The notes: generated by a model from the sequence alone, not told the origin. Positions 32,183-52,890 are shown, numbered from the stretch's first letter. The stretch is DNA of 64,000 bases from the human T2T-CHM13v2.0 reference genome, Homo sapiens (GCF_009914755.1 NC_060926.1), one strand, 5' to 3'. Translations and numbers: made by a program.

Positions 32183-32554
32183 TAATTATAGACAAACAAG
32201 GAATGGAACAAAACTTCCTCAACCAGATAAAAGGCATCTATGAAAGACCTATAGTTAACATTATATCAAGTGGTGAAAGGCTGAATGCTTTCCCCGACTG
32301 CAAAAAAAAAGGTAGGGATTTCCAATCTCACAGTTTTAATTCAACATTGTATTGGAGGGTCTAACCAGTGTAATAAGGTAAGAAAAAGAAGATAAAGGAA
32401 TATAGATTGGAAAAAAAGAAGCAAATCTGTCTTTATTTACAATGTGATCCTTTGTGTAGAAAATCCTAGGGAATCTACAAAAAATACTATTAGAAATAAT
32501 AACCAAGATTAGCAAGTTCACTGTATACAAGATTAATATTAAAAATCAACTGTA

Positions 32555-33538
<984 letters not shown>

Positions 33539-33823
33539 AATCAACTGTATTTCTATATGCTGGTAATAAACAATGTGAAAATAAAAGTAAGAACAGAATT
33601 CCATTCAGAATAGAATTTTTAAAAATTCAATACTTAGTAATAAATTTAACAAAGTACAATACCTGTACACTGAAAATGACAAAACTTTTCTGATAGAAAT
33701 TAAAGATTTAAATTGTAGAGATGTTCCATGTTCACAAAATACTGTTAAGGTGGCAGTTTTTCCCAAACTGATGAATAGATTCAACATAATTTCTGTAAAA
33801 ATCAGCAGGCTTACTTTTGTAGA

Positions 33824-33985
33824 ATTTTTTTTTTTTTTTAAGACAGGGTCTCATTCTGTCACCCAGGCTGGAGTGCAGTGGTAGGATCTAGGCTCACTGC
33901 AACCTCTGCCCCCTGAGCTCAAGCGATCCTCTCACCTCAGCCTCCCAAGTAGCTGGGACCACAGGTGCACACCACCATGACCAGC
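33824..33985 (-). mobile_element. Alu right monomer (FRAM/AluJ-like)
   Basis: Half Alu. Confidence 0.85.
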
Positions 33986-34904
33986 TCTCTGTTGTAGAAA
34001 CTAACAAGTGAATCCTCTAATTTATATGGCCATATGAAGGACTTAAAGTAACCGAAGTCATTTTGAAAATGAATGAAGTTGGAGGACTTCCATTATCTGA
34101 TTTCAAAACTTACTATAAATATTTAAGACAGTGCAAAAAGATAAACATATTAAATCAATGGGACAGAACGAAAAATATACAAAAATAAAAGCTTACATTT
34201 ATGATCAGTTGATTTTCAACAGAAGTATCAAAACAATGCAGTGGGGAAAGGGCAGTTTTTTCAACACATAGTGCAGAGACAATTGAATATCCACATGTAA
34301 AACAAACAAAAACTTAGAACCTTACTTCACACTATATACAAGAGAATAAAAATACAACACCCATACTGGGAGGATGTATTCGCAAATCACATCTGATAGA
34401 GAATATATAAAGAACTCTTAAAACTCAACTATAAATAAACAACTCAGTTAAAAAAACGGGCAAAATATTTGAAAAGACCTTCAAAGAAGACATATAAATG
34501 GCAAATAAGCAAATGAAAAGATGTTCATCACCATCAGTCATTAGGGAAATGTAAATGAACACCATGAGATGCCAGAACACACCTACCAGAATGACTAAAT
34601 TAACAAAAATAAAACAAAGAGATTAACACATATTAACAGTTTATTGCTTTTAGTGGCTGAGTAGTATTCCATTATATAAATGTACTACAGTTTGTGTATC
34701 CATTCACCGGTTGAAGAACATTTGGGTTCTTTACAGTTTTGATAATTACAAATAAAGCTCATATATGGGCTTTTGTGAGAACATAAATTCCCGTTTCTCT
34801 TGCATAAACACGTTGGAGTGAGATTATTGGATCCTGTGGCAAGGGATTGCTTATAAGAAACTGACAAACTCCTTTCCTAAATGGTATCATGTGTATTCCC
34901 ACTC

Positions 34905-35043
34905 TTTTTTAAAACGTTTTGTAGAGATGGAGCCCTGCTATGTTGACCAGGCTGGTCTTGAATTCCTGACCTTAGTCAATCCTTCTGCCTTGACCTCCCA
35001 AAGTGTGGGAATTATAGACGTGAAGACATGAGCCACTATGCCT
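34905..35043 (-). mobile_element. Alu left monomer (FLAM-like)
   Basis: gtagagatgg...caggctggtcttgaa...gagccact. Confidence 0.85.
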
Positions 35044-35200
35044 GTTTTCTTTTTTCGCATGTGGATGTTCAATTGCTCTGGTACCAAGGATTTTGAAAAG
35101 CTATCCTTCTTACATTCAGTTACTTTTGTACCTTTGTCAGAAACCAGTTGGGCACATTAGTATGGGTATATTTTGGGATTCCCTATTTTTGTTCCATTAA

Positions 35201-35556
<356 letters not shown>

Positions 35557-36219
35557 TGATTATCATAGCTATATAATAAGCTTTAACACTAGATAAGGTG
35601 ATTCTTTCCACTTTATTATTCTTCTTAAAAATCATTTTAGCTATTCTAGGTCCTGAGCCTTTCCATATACATTTAAGAATAAGCTTGTCTAGTCTACACA
35701 AAACGTTGATGGGATATTGATAGAAATTTTATTAAATGTATAGATCAATTTCGAGATAGTTGACATCTGTACTGTTAAGTCTTCTAATTCATGAACATAG
35801 TATGTGTGTCCTCCATTAATGCATATCCTCTTTGATTTCTTTCACCAGCCTTATGTACTTTTCAGGATATAAATCCTATGTATGTTTTATTAGATTTCTA
35901 CCTAATTATTTTATTTTCTTGAAACAATTATAAATGGCATTGTGTTTTTAGTTTTGGTTTGGATATGCTCAGTGTTAGTGTATCTTTATTATTTTAAAAT
36001 TATTTCTTCCTAATAGCTTTGTACTCCTTTCTCATGGACACGATATCTTCTCTTTTTTTTTTTACTAGTATTATGGTAATTATATGATTGTTTTGGTCTT
36101 CTCACCTCACTGCCTGTTTCTTCCAAGATATCTTTTGTTTTGTGCATGGTTTCTGTCTTTCGTCAATGTACTGCAATATTTACCTATCTGTTCATATGAA
36201 GAGACACTAAAAAAGCTGA

Positions 36220-36350
36220 AGAATGTGAGGTGATGGATACATTAATTAGCCTAATTTTCTCAGTCTACAATGTATACCTGTATTGTATCCCATAAATATA
36301 TATCATTATTATTTGTCAATAAAAATAAAAATTTTTAAAAAATGAATAAA
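36220..36350 (+). mobile_element. L1M 3' end fragment
   Basis: atgtgaggtgatggatacattaattagc...tatttgtcaataaaa. Confidence 0.7.
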
Positions 36351-36569
36351 AACTTAAATGTCCAGATAGGGCTTAGAAATTGGTTATCTTCATTGGGGTA
36401 CAATCAAATTGCCTCTGGGCAAGTTGACAGTCTTCATCGGTTACTCTGAAAAGTTCAGTTTTTGCGAAGAAGAAACTGTTGGGGGTAACAAAAATTTCTG
36501 TTTAGGGGTGAGAAGCCTGGTTGCTGGAGTTACGAAACTGGGCAGGGAAAGAAAAGCAATTATTTAGGA

Positions 36570-37990
<1,421 letters not shown>

Positions 37991-38359
37991 AAATAATAGT
38001 GGCTTTTAAAAAAGCATGATCCTTCATCCCCTCTTTTCCAGTTAACACTTAATATGTGCTCCTTTAGCTCTGCCTGGTGCTTCCAAACTCTTAAGTCTCT
38101 TTGGTTTGGCCTCTTTAGATACCCGTCAGCTCCTCCCACAGTGCACTGAAAATGGAAAGTCCTCTAGGGCAGTAATCCTAAGTTCTGGACAAGGGAATAT
38201 ACCATCTTTGCAATTTTTGCCATATTAGCACATTATCTGTATCATTCATTATTGACTTAACATTTTTCTTTAAATCAATTTAGACCTAATAGTAATGCCT
38301 ACCTCAGTGTTACCTAGGAAGTAATGCCCATGAAATCATAGATTTGATGTGCTAGAGTG

Positions 38360-38810
38360 GTATAGTAGTTTTAAAATGTTCACACATTTATTATATAGCT
38401 CCCTTCTAAAGGTCTAGAGAAATTATCCCACCCTGTGTGGCCTATGCTTAGCAACTCACTTGTAATGAGTAGAATATGGCAAGCAACAGTGTGTGACCTC
38501 TAAGACTAGGTCATAAAGGGGACTGTGACTTCCTCTTTGTCACCTCTTTTAGATTACAAACTCTGGGGAAACTAGCCGACATATCATAAGAACATTCAAG
38601 TAGCCTTACAGTGAAGTCCACATCAAGCGGAACTGAGGGCTCCTCTCAACAGCCATGTGGCTGAACCATCTTGGAAGCAGGTTCTCAGCCCCAGTGAAGC
38701 TTATGATGACTGCAGCCTCTGCCAATATTTTGACTGCAACTTATGGCTATTCCTGAGCTAGAACAACTAGCTAAGCCGCTCCTGAATTTCCAATCCATAT
38801 AAAGTATGAC
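38360..38810 (+). mobile_element. MaLR LTR (MLT1E/F/G-like)
   Basis: agaatatggcaagc...ctaggtcataaa...gaactgagggctcc...gatgactgcagcc. Confidence 0.75.
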
Positions 38811-39161
38811 TATATTAGTCTGTTCTTATGCTGCTAATAAAGACATACCTGACACTGGGTAATTTATAAGGAAAAGATGTTTAATGGACTCACAGTTCCA
38901 CATGGCTGGGGAGGCCTCACAATCATGGGAGAAGGCAAAGAAGTAAAGGCACGTCTTGTCTTACATGGTGGCACACGAGAGAATGAGAGCCAAGTGAAAG
39001 GGGAAACCCCTTATAAAACCATCAGATCTGTGGGACTTATTCACTACCACGAGAACAGTACGGGGGAAACTGCCCACATGATTCAATTATCTCCCACCAG
39101 GTCTCTCCCACAACACGTGGTAATTATGGGAGCTACAATTCAAGATGAGATTTGGGAAGGG
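38811..39161 (-). mobile_element. THE1 LTR (THE1B/C-like), 5' terminus missing
   Basis: tattagtctgttct..gctgctaataaagacatacc...tacaattcaagatgagatttggg. Confidence 0.9.
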
Positions 39162-39204
39162 TTTGATTCTCAGAGAACCCTAGTTGAGAAGGGCTGAAGA
39201 GGGG

Positions 39205-39445
39205 TTAAAGGGCATAGACACTGGAGCTAAACTGGATAGCTTCAAATCCAGGCTTCACCTATAGCTTGCTAAACCACCAGGGACAAATCATTCGATCTTT
39301 CTGTGCTTTAATAATGATGGGGATAATAATACTACCTACCCTCTTCCTAGAGTTGTTAGGAAGATTAAATGAGTTAGTATACGTAAGCACTTAGAACAAT
39401 GTGTAGTGCATAGTCAATGTTATTCAAAGGGAAGTTATCATTATA
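39205..39445 (+). mobile_element. MIR SINE
   Basis: ttcaaatccaggct...atggggataataatactacc...gattaaatgagttag...gcacttagaacaatg. Confidence 0.85.
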
Positions 39446-41572
39446 AACACTTCACTATGACAAGAATAAATGTCTGTTAACGTATCACCTAAAATCAGCT
39501 TGCATTATATCAGTGGTGTATGTGCCACATGATGCTAGGTAATAAGTGACTTCCTTTACCCCATGGCAGCTCCTCTTTACCAAGGGTTTTCAAAAAGCTG
39601 TATTAAATCTTTTAAGCTGCTAGAATACAACTCAATATGAAACTGCTTCTGCCAAGCCTTCATGATCTAAGAGAGCCTCTGTCACTTCTGTCCACCAGCC
39701 CTCGGGCAGTGAGAGGAGGAATCACAGGTTTGCAGCAAGGAAGGGAGAATGTGAGAGAGCCCAACTCTTTGAATTTCTCACTGACTTTGAATAGGCTGTA
39801 AGGCAAAGAAGCATAAAATGTCTATGCCTTTCTGTCTTTGTGTCTTCTTAGCACAGTTCCTAAACTTTAAATAAAAAAGAAGTTAAACTCCACACTGAAT
39901 TGACCTTTTGAACTTCAGATTTGTAGCACAACATTGATTTTAGGTCTGAAAGAGATACTGGAGTGTTGCTGAGAGCTGGACTCCTGGAGAGGGTTTTATA
40001 ACAGGGGCAGTCTGACTCAGGGTCTGAATCTAATAGTCATTACACATTAAAGGTACCTAGTGATCTCTAATGTAAGAATAATTCTATGATTTCAGTGCTG
40101 ATAATACTTGTCTTGTGGACGAGAGCCATGTTACAACTGTGTTTAAAAAGAATTTTAAACTAACCCTACTGTGGGCAGGGCTCTTGGTGGGCACTTGAGT
40201 GCCATTTTGAAGGGACAAAAATGTGTGTAAGAAGCATGTGATGTTTTTGCAGTGGTTTGAGGGCTGGGTTTGGTAATTACACTCTCGAATGCGAAAATCC
40301 AATGTGGCATAATGAAAAACACACCTCTGTCCTGCTTCCAAAACGAATTCCAAATACACGACAGCCTTTGCACAGCTGACTGTATGCCATAAAGGGTACA
40401 TTTGCTCCACTTCTGTGTCTACAAGAGCACCAGGACAAAAATAAGATACCATAAAATGTGTGCTGCCTCATCTCTTTTGTCCCTATTAACTCTTTTCCTC
40501 TGAGCTACCTTAGTGCTCAGTCTACTTATTTGAAAACACACCCCCAACCAGTCTTAACAGAAAGAGGAGAAAATAGGTGTGTGGGTAGCAAATAAACTGT
40601 GTAGTTCAAACCATTACAATAAAATATTGTTCATGAATTATAATGCAGAGTGATAAAAAGGACAGTTTATGTTGGGTAGGAAGAAGTAGCCAGCAAGGAT
40701 TTATACAGGTCAATGTGAAAGTCATTTTTTCACAAAGAAATTCTTATCTAAGCCCTCCCTGAGACATCAGGCATTTGACTATAGGAATTCAAAGGAACTG
40801 AAAATCATCACGTGGATTTTGAGCTACATGATCTGGACATTCATGACATCTGTCCTCCCTTATCTACTAGAACTTGCTAATCCAGAAGGGGAGACATTTT
40901 CAGTTCTTTTTGTATTCAAACCAATGGGTGTAAAAATATTAAGTACTTCCCTTAGCTGTCTACAAGGAGGACTTAGTTTTACTGTATATATGTTGCAGAG
41001 AGCCTAGCTGACATGTTATATGGCCAAATATGCTCTTTATGGTTATTCAATGGAGACATTTTTCTCAAAACTCAGTATCAGGAATAGTTATAATTTTCAT
41101 GAACAACTTTCATGAATAGGTTTCATTCTTTCACTTGTGATACTAGGCAGCTCGGTCAATTCTAGCCTATATTTTACAACTTGTACTGGACTTTTTGATA
41201 TGCATTTTGTGTAATAATGCTATCCCTGATTTTTATCTTATTTGTCCTACTCTAATTTTCCCTTTCCCACAATTTCTTCACTTACTCCTTTTATCTTGAA
41301 CTATATGTTTACATGTAAGCAATTTCATATCCCCTTTTGGAGTAAGCCATGGTTTAAATTCCTAAATAAACTGTCCAGAAAAAGAAGTGACTATCTTTTC
41401 AGCAGTTATGCTGACCAGAGAAGAACTATTTCCTTCTTCACCATGAAAAACATTTCAGAAGATATCAGCCTGGTCTGACATGCTCACCAATGCCAGGTAG
41501 ATCACATGGCTGATAAACTGCCACATCTTCTTTCTTGACAGCGTAGTGCATGACAGAGACCCCATCAACTAA

Positions 41573-42018
<446 letters not shown>

Positions 42019-42139
42019 TCATTCCAGATATATTTCTGTTTATATTAAACAAATATAAATTAATCATACTGAAAGACCAGATTTTACACCTACTATTACC
42101 AGCTTGATAGTTATTAATACCATTATTAGCTGATCATTA

Positions 42140-42385
42140 ACCAGCTTGTTAGTACTTCAGTGCTTAAGAAATGTTAGGTACAGTGCTAAGTGTGCATTAC
42201 TTTGTTTAACCCTCTCACACAACCCTATAGGTAGATACTATTACTATGCCTGATTTAGGGTTGAAGGAATGTGAGACAAGACCAGTTAAGAAACTTTTTC
42301 ACGATCATGTGATGGATTAGTGGACTTAGGACCCAAACTCAGCTATATCTGATTCAGTTGTTCATGCTCTTAACCCCTATGCTGA
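42140..42385 (-). mobile_element. MIR SINE
   Basis: acagtgctaagtg...cacaaccctataggtagatactattac...catgctcttaacc. Confidence 0.75.
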
Positions 42386-42714
42386 GGGCCTCACGTTTCA
42401 TGCTGAACACAGTGATGGACTGGGTGGCAAGAGATGGTGATGACATCTTTACTTTGCCAGGAATGAGGCATGATGAGGACTTCACAGATGAGATTCATGT
42501 CCACAAACTGCTTAAATCTCACAAAGACAAAGGTAATTCCATGGTCAGAAACAGTAGTGTCTGATAGTTCCTACAAGGGCAGAGCTAAGATTACTGCAGT
42601 GTGTATGTGAGTTAAAATTAGGAGCACATAAGGCTTTGTTGAGAAGGAATCTATAACAAAACTCTTTAGTGGACCTGAAAAGTTGGTGTGACCTGTGGCA
42701 AAAACTATTTATCA

Positions 42715-43110
42715 TCTTGTCATGACATGGTTTTGCCTTCCTAGGCACACGATAGACTTCATTTCCTAGTATCCCTTTCAGTTAGATGTGGTCGTGTGCT
42801 TATATTTTAGCCAATGAAACACAAGTGAAAGGAATGCACTTTACTCCCAGACCTAGTCTATAAAAATCCCCCCATGGAAAATTCACCTGCTCTTTCTTGT
42901 TCCCTGGGCTAGGGAAACATCTATGGGCACCTCAGAAACCACATGTTAAAGATGACACAACCTCTGTGAGCTGGTTTGCTGAATGACAATATGTAACAAC
43001 ACTGTCCCCATTCCACCTCCAAATTCCTCAACAAGTTGGAATCATTTGAGCCTATTTACGTGAGCAAGAGATAAACTCCCCTTATGTTTAAGCCTACTCT
43101 GTATAATATG
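42715..43110 (+). mobile_element. Old ERVL/MaLR-type LTR (LTR16/MLT1-like)
   Basis: catttcctagtatccctttcagttaga...tagccaatg...gtgagcaagagataaac...tgtttaagcc. Confidence 0.6.
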
Positions 43111-43647
43111 TAACTCAGAAACGTAGTTTATGATCCCATGGAAAAGTAAGTAGTCTGGATTGGCTACAGGGTCTACAGATCTTCAAAGTTAGGCTCATTT
43201 CTGTACCACCAAACAAAGTTTCTGGACAGCTCATATTGAAAATTTCTGAAAGTTCATCCTGTAACTTAGCCAAGGAATATGAAAACCCTAGTTAAGGAAG
43301 CCCCTTGGGGTGTGATGAGTGGTGCTCTCTGAGTCTCAGTTCTCAAGTCTCCCAGACTGCTTTCACTTTGAGCTTGTCTACATAATGCTCTGAAGTACTG
43401 GCCCATGACCTTAATTTCCATTTTCTGCACATGGTAATTAGATTCACTCACCCTGGTGCTTGACACTTGACTGTCGCCTAAGGACTCAGATATGGCTTGC
43501 CTCTGTGGTTCTCAGCATCCACATTGCCTCCATCATTCATTAAAGTTTATTGAGCAACTACCATTTGCCAGCCATTTTGCTAGAATCTGGGGAATCAGGT
43601 CCATTGGCTTCTATCATATCCAATTTCATTGACTAAGGCATTTCTCA

Positions 43648-44000
<353 letters not shown>

Positions 44001-44175
44001 CCAAAGGACTCTGTAACATTAGTATTGTATCTGGCAGCTCTCTGCTTTACATCCAATAGACGCTTAGTATGTGTTGGAATGACTAAATTATCAGTACATA
44101 CAAGCAATAATGCTCTTTCTACCCATAATCTCTATTTTATTGATGACTTAATGATGGCAGTGAAAAATACATTTA

Positions 44176-44480
<305 letters not shown>

Positions 44481-44559
44481 AATGACAAATGCTTCATCAG
44501 CATAGATGGTGTAGCACAGATCCCCTATGTTCAGGCTTCTCTAGTTTGTTTATTTCAAG

Positions 44560-45780
<1,221 letters not shown>

Positions 45781-46464
45781 ATACATAAAGCCTGAATTCT
45801 GGGGAGCTGCACCACTGAGATAAGAACTGGGCTATGCATTTAAGGAGTCTGCTGTCCATTGGCATCATTGCTGGTCAGGAGTGCTTGCTTTTAGAAGACT
45901 AGGAAGTGGTTGTACCTAAGATGAGATGGAGGTGAGAGTCCACTTAGATTTGTAGTTTTGGAGCAGAGAGTTTGAAGTGCTGAGATAAAACTTTGAGAAG
46001 AGGGCAAGATGATTAAAGATAATTTTAAGCAAATTTCACTGTGTGCAGAAATGTACAATGTCTTTGTCAGTATACCTAAAAACCATGGTGCTCTTCAATG
46101 CTTTTGGAAGAGAAAATTTGTTGTGTTTTTGTTTATTTGTTTGTTGATGATGATGTGCTGAACCTGACCATAAGGTAAAATGGAAGGTCCAGTATTACTC
46201 AGATTACATAAGGATTTAGTGATTGATAAAGTTGGCCTTTAATATAAATGAGGTGCAAAATGGCTTGTTTATAAGGGGTGTTGAGATAGCCAGTAACGAT
46301 ATTTCTCTGCTCTTATAAATATAAAGATATGTGCTATATACTAATTTTGGGGGACTATAAATTTGTATTTTGCTCACTGCCCCCATCAGAGTCTTCAAGA
46401 CAAGCAGGGCATTAGTTGGGCCTGGATATTTTCCTCCATCTGTAGTTTTCTGAGAGTTTCTATT

Positions 46465-46680
46465 ATGAAATAGCATTGGATTTAGTCAAATGAGCTTTCT
46501 GAATCTGTTGAAATAACCATATGGCTTTAAAAAAATTCTGCTAATGTGGTAAAATCTATTGACTGATTTTTGAATGCAACCAGCTTTGCATTGCTGAGAT
46601 AAAATCCAGTTGGCCATGGTGTATTACCCTTTTTGAATTTTGCTAGATTTACTTTGTTAATATTTTGTTAAGGATGAAGT
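46465..46680 (-). mobile_element. L1M fragment (antisense)
   Basis: gctttctgaatctgttgaaataaccatatgg...tttgttaatattttgttaagga. Confidence 0.7.
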
Positions 46681-47329
46681 GGTAATATTTTTTTATTTCT
46701 ACGGCACCTAAGAAGAAAACAAATGACAGGAGGACTCATTTCCCTTAGCAATGGAAATTACCTTTCACAGTCTCTATAAAATAAAATATTGCCAAAAAAA
46801 CCAAAACAAGTAAAATCATAAATCTCAAGAGAGCAAATCTAAGATAGAACATCAGCAAAATATGCACTAAAAGTAAAGTACTATGTGTGTTTAAAGCTAC
46901 AGATTCTAAGGCTTTGGGTAATTAAAACAAATTACCATATTTATTGAAATATCAATCATAATTATTATAGATAGGTTAGAAGGCAGGAGAAGGGGATTAT
47001 AGTACATTACTTTTTGACTAAGTGGGAAAACTGTAAATTAGAGATTAGTCAGTTAATAAAGCACATATTCTTGGAATTTTTCTTAGAAAAGCTCCAACAT
47101 CAAAAATTTGTTTTACAAATACAATTCCCTTTGGTTTGGTTCCTCATAACCGTACTTCCCTTCTCCACACTTTCCTTATCTCTTAACATGTAATTAAATT
47201 TGAACATTCTTTACTCTTCTTAAGTATTACCTCCAAAGCCAAAACCAGAAAGACGACAGCTGTAAGGCCAAAATAAAACAATAAACAAGCAAAACCCAAA
47301 CCCAACTACCCTCTCATCACCACCTAGCA

Positions 47330-48350
47330 GCATAATAAACAAAATTAAAAGAAAAATAAAATGAAAATAATTGCAATATATGATCACAGGTCAATTTTGT
47401 TAATATACGAATATCTCTTAAAAGTCAAGCAGAAAAAAAAATCCCAGAATAAAACTAAAGGCATAAACAAGTAGTTAACTAAGCAGAAATACAAATGGCC
47501 AAAAAACATGAAAAAACAGTTTAATTTTACAACTTATTTAAAAATGCTAGTTAATACTATATCGTGATTTTGTTTGTTTGTTTGTTTGTTTAGAGACAGG
47601 GTCTTGCTTTATTGCCCAGGCTGGAGTGCAGTAGAGCCATCATAGTTCACTGCAACTCTGAGTTCCTGGGCTCAAGTGATCCTCCCGCCTCAGCCTCCCA
47701 AACAGAAAGGACTACAGGCATGGGCCACCATGCCTGGCTATTTTTATTTTTACTTTTATTTTTATTTTTGTAGACAGTGAATTTCACTATGTTGCTCAGG
47801 CTAGTCTCAAATTCCTGGCCTCAAGCAATCCTCCTGCCTCAGCCTCCCAAAGCACTGGGATTATAAACATAAGCCACTGCACCAGCCATATATTGATTTT
47901 TTTTTTTGCTTATTAGATGGGGAAAATATGAAAAATAATTATAAAGCCTGATGGGAATGTGACCAAATCTTCCTGGAAGGAAAACTGATGGTAAAGATAA
48001 AAAGCTTTTAAGACGTGCTTAACTAACTTTCACACAGAACCATAAGGAAACCTGTATAGTTTGTGATAGCAAGGAGTGTGAGGAAACTTGGATGTTTGTT
48101 ATTAGAGTAATGGATAAGTCAAATGCAGGCATACAGTGGAATGCCATGCAGTAATTATAATAAATAAACTACATTTTCATATAACATGAATAAATATCAA
48201 AATCAACGTTTAAGTCTGATATGTAAGAAACAAAATGAGATTTTTAGGAAGAGCATCATTTGCATAGATCACCAGTGTTATTTTTGAACAGACAAAGCTT
48301 GGTGAATGCCAATGGTTGTATCACTTATGTATGTTAAAGACACATACACA
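47330..48350 (+). mobile_element. Very old L1ME 3' fragments
   Basis: gaaatacaaatggccaaaaaacatgaaaa; catacagtggaatgccatgcag. Confidence 0.6.
47570..47887 (-). mobile_element. AluJ-like
   Basis: Reverse Alu with (TTTG)n tail. Confidence 0.92.
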
Positions 48351-48354
48351 CAAA

Positions 48355-49645
<1,291 letters not shown>

Positions 49646-50177
49646 AAATACCACCATGCATTTTTCAAAGATATACAGATTGCTGCAAAGAAGGATGGAC
49701 AATGAATTGAAAGGCTGTATATTAAATACATTAGGGTGGGTATCTAGGAGGGAGAAAGATGGGGAATAAAGGGAGCAAAAATAACACAAAATAAAATATA
49801 AGAGAAGTTTTGCCTGGGCTACTGAACCATGAACTGAAGTGTATGAGAAACGCAACTTTGGACAGCTAAGGTACCTGTCTGTAACACCAGCAATTGTGCT
49901 TTAGCTAGAATCTGTGTAACACAATAACTAAAGAATCTCCACAGACTTTTTACTTTTAATAAAAGAGACTGAAGTGTAATACATTTTGCAATTATAAATC
50001 CTAAATGCAAAGTCTGATGACTTGTTACACAGTGGACACACTCATGTAACTGCCTCCCATATTGAGAAATAGAACACGTTAAACGCCTATAATCCTATGA
50101 GCCCCCACCAAGCCATATTGGCCCTCATCAAAAGCAAACACTATGCTGATTTCCCACACCATAGATTAGCTGTGTCT

Positions 50178-50485
50178 ATTTTTTTTTTTTTTTAATTTAA
50201 GCCAGGTCTCGCTGCATCTCCCAGGCTGGAAGGCAGTGGCATGATCTCTATCTTAGGTCACTGTAACCTCCACCTCCCATGTTCAGGCGATTCTCATGCC
50301 TCAACCTCCCGAGTAGCTGGGATTACAGGCATGCACCACCATGCCTGACTAATTTTTGTATTTTTGGTAGAGATGGGGTTTCACCATATTGGCCAGGCTG
50401 GTCTCGAACTCCTGACCTCAAGTGATCCGCCCACCTCAGCCCCCCAAAATGCTGGGATTACAGGCGTGAGCCACTGTGCCTGGCT
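50178..50485 (-). mobile_element. Alu
   Basis: Reverse Alu with TSD tagct(g/t)tgtctattt. Confidence 0.95.
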
Positions 50486-50841
50486 AGCTTTGTCTATTTC
50501 TGACCTTCCAGTAAAAGGAGTTCTGCAATGTGTACTCTTCTGTGCCTCTTTCATTCTCTATTATGTTTGTAAGGATCAACTCATGTTCTAAAAGAGATGC
50601 TACAATATTTCAATGCATAAATATGTCACAATTTATCCATACTACAGTTGATAAACATTTAAGCTGATCTCAATTTTTTATTATTATGAATAAGGCTATA
50701 TATGTATGAACATTCTTGTCCATGTCCTTCGGAACAAATGTTTGCTTTTCCTTTTGGAAAAGAGAAGAAGAATATCTAGGAAAAGAACAGTTAGGTCATA
50801 AGATTGTAGTTGATCAGCTTTAGAAAATACTGACAAACAGG

Positions 50842-50921
50842 GGCTGGGCACGGTGGCTCACGCCTGTAATCCTAGCACCTTGGGAGGCTGAGGCAGGTGG
50901 ATCACTTGAGGCCAGGAGTTC
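50842..50921 (+). mobile_element. 3'-truncated tailless Alu (first ~80 nt)
   Basis: Flanked by agaaaatactgaca duplication; no poly-A. Confidence 0.88.
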
Positions 50922-51769
50922 AGAAAATACTGACAGTTTTCCAAAGTAACTGTACCAATTTTTACTTCCACCAGCAGAGAATGAGAGCTTCAGTTTCTAC
51001 ATCCTCACCAACACGGGAAATCCTACTCTTTTGAATTTTAGCCATTCAGGTGGGTATCTTGTTCTCATTTTATTTTTTGTTTAAGTCATGTTCTGAATTT
51101 CATTTCCTTTTACATCTAAATTAGATCTCACAGTCTAACACTTCCATCGCTCTCTTAATAGTCCCAAGCTTCAGTGCCATTCCATCACACTTAATTGATC
51201 AACCTCCCAAGTGCAGATCAACCATTCTGCCTTCTCTGCCTTACACATCGCCTACTGTTTATTGCTGGAGGAAATTATGCAGCGGTACAGACTTGCACCT
51301 CTAGATATTGAAGTCCAACTTTAAGTGGGCTCTCCCTCTCTCCATCCTCACCCCTACTGTCCCAGTCCAGACCATCCAGGACTCCGGTGCATGATCTGAG
51401 CAGTCTCTTTGCTCTCCTTTAATCTTTTCTCCAGATGGATCTACCCCAAACATAAAGTGGTCAAATTTTTTCTTGAATTACTCTCTAATAGCTCCCACTG
51501 TCTTCAGGATATAGTAAAATTCCTTTCAGATACTGTGTAATATCACCAGTGTTGTTTGTGAACAGACAAAGCTTGATGAATGCCAATGGTTGTATCATTC
51601 TATCAACACTAAATGTTTATTAAACACTTCTATTTCTGATCCCAGAAGCGTAATTAGACCCATCAGCATAAAATGTGAAATATTTGAGCTGGGTTTTATG
51701 GTTTAATTTTTAAAAAATTTTAGCAGGACATAAAAGGCTAGTTTTCATAGCTTTTAAAATTTAATTTGC

Positions 51770-52084
<315 letters not shown>

Positions 52085-52099
52085 TTAAAAATCAACTTC

Positions 52100-52403
52100 A
52101 TTTATTTTATGTTATTTTTTGAGACAGAGTCTTGCTCTGTCACCCAGACTGGAGTGCAATGGTGGGATCTCAACTCACTACAACCTCTGCTTCCTAGGTT
52201 CCAGCAATTCTCGTGCCTCAGCCTCTCAAGTAGCTGGCACTATAGGCGTGCGCCACTCTACCTGGCTAATTTTTTGTACTTGTTAGTAAAGACAGTGTTT
52301 CACTATGTTGGGCAGGCTGGTCTTGAACTCCTGGCCTCAAATGATCCACCGGCATTGGGCTCCCAAACCACTAAGATTACAGGTGAAGCCATCATGCCCA
52401 GCC
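52100..52403 (-). mobile_element. Alu
   Basis: Reverse diverged Alu. Confidence 0.92.
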
Positions 52404-52654
52404 TTTTTTTTTTTTTCTTTTTTACTCACCACTACACTAATGAGTATAAAAATCAACTTTAAAAATGATTTAAGTTTTGATTTTTTATGTTATTAAAGTA
52501 ATATAATGGGAGCAAATAGTAGTCATATAAAAAGTATAAAGTCAAATGCAGTAATAGTCACATAATAATAATTTCATTCAAGCAGATACATACTGTGTAG
52601 ACTCTCTCTGAGGACACTTTCTCTTGCTACTCATAATCCAGGACTTGCATTGTT

Positions 52655-52890
52655 TAGCTTCTCTCCTAGCTTCCTTGCTTTTCTTGCTCTCATCTCATGT
52701 CCTTTGATTCGGTGCTTTCCCATCATTCCTTTACTCCTTGCTTTGTCTCCTTTTGCACTTTTTTTCTTATTTCTTTGGTTTCCCTCTTGACTTTCTTGTT
52801 TTCCTCCTCTTCCCCTCACTCTCTTCTCCATCTTCACTTGCTGTGTCCCTCACCTACCTCTGGGCTGCCTCTTACCTTGGTTTTTCTTGG
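52655..52890. repeat. CT-rich low-complexity tract
   Basis: ~230 bp strongly pyrimidine-biased. Confidence 0.75.

Larger units (their letters stand above)
49960..51070 (-). mobile_element. Old L1ME 3' fragments (antisense)
   Basis: aatttatccatactacagttgataaacatt; ttccaaagtaactgtaccaattttt; acatcctcaccaacac. Confidence 0.75.
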
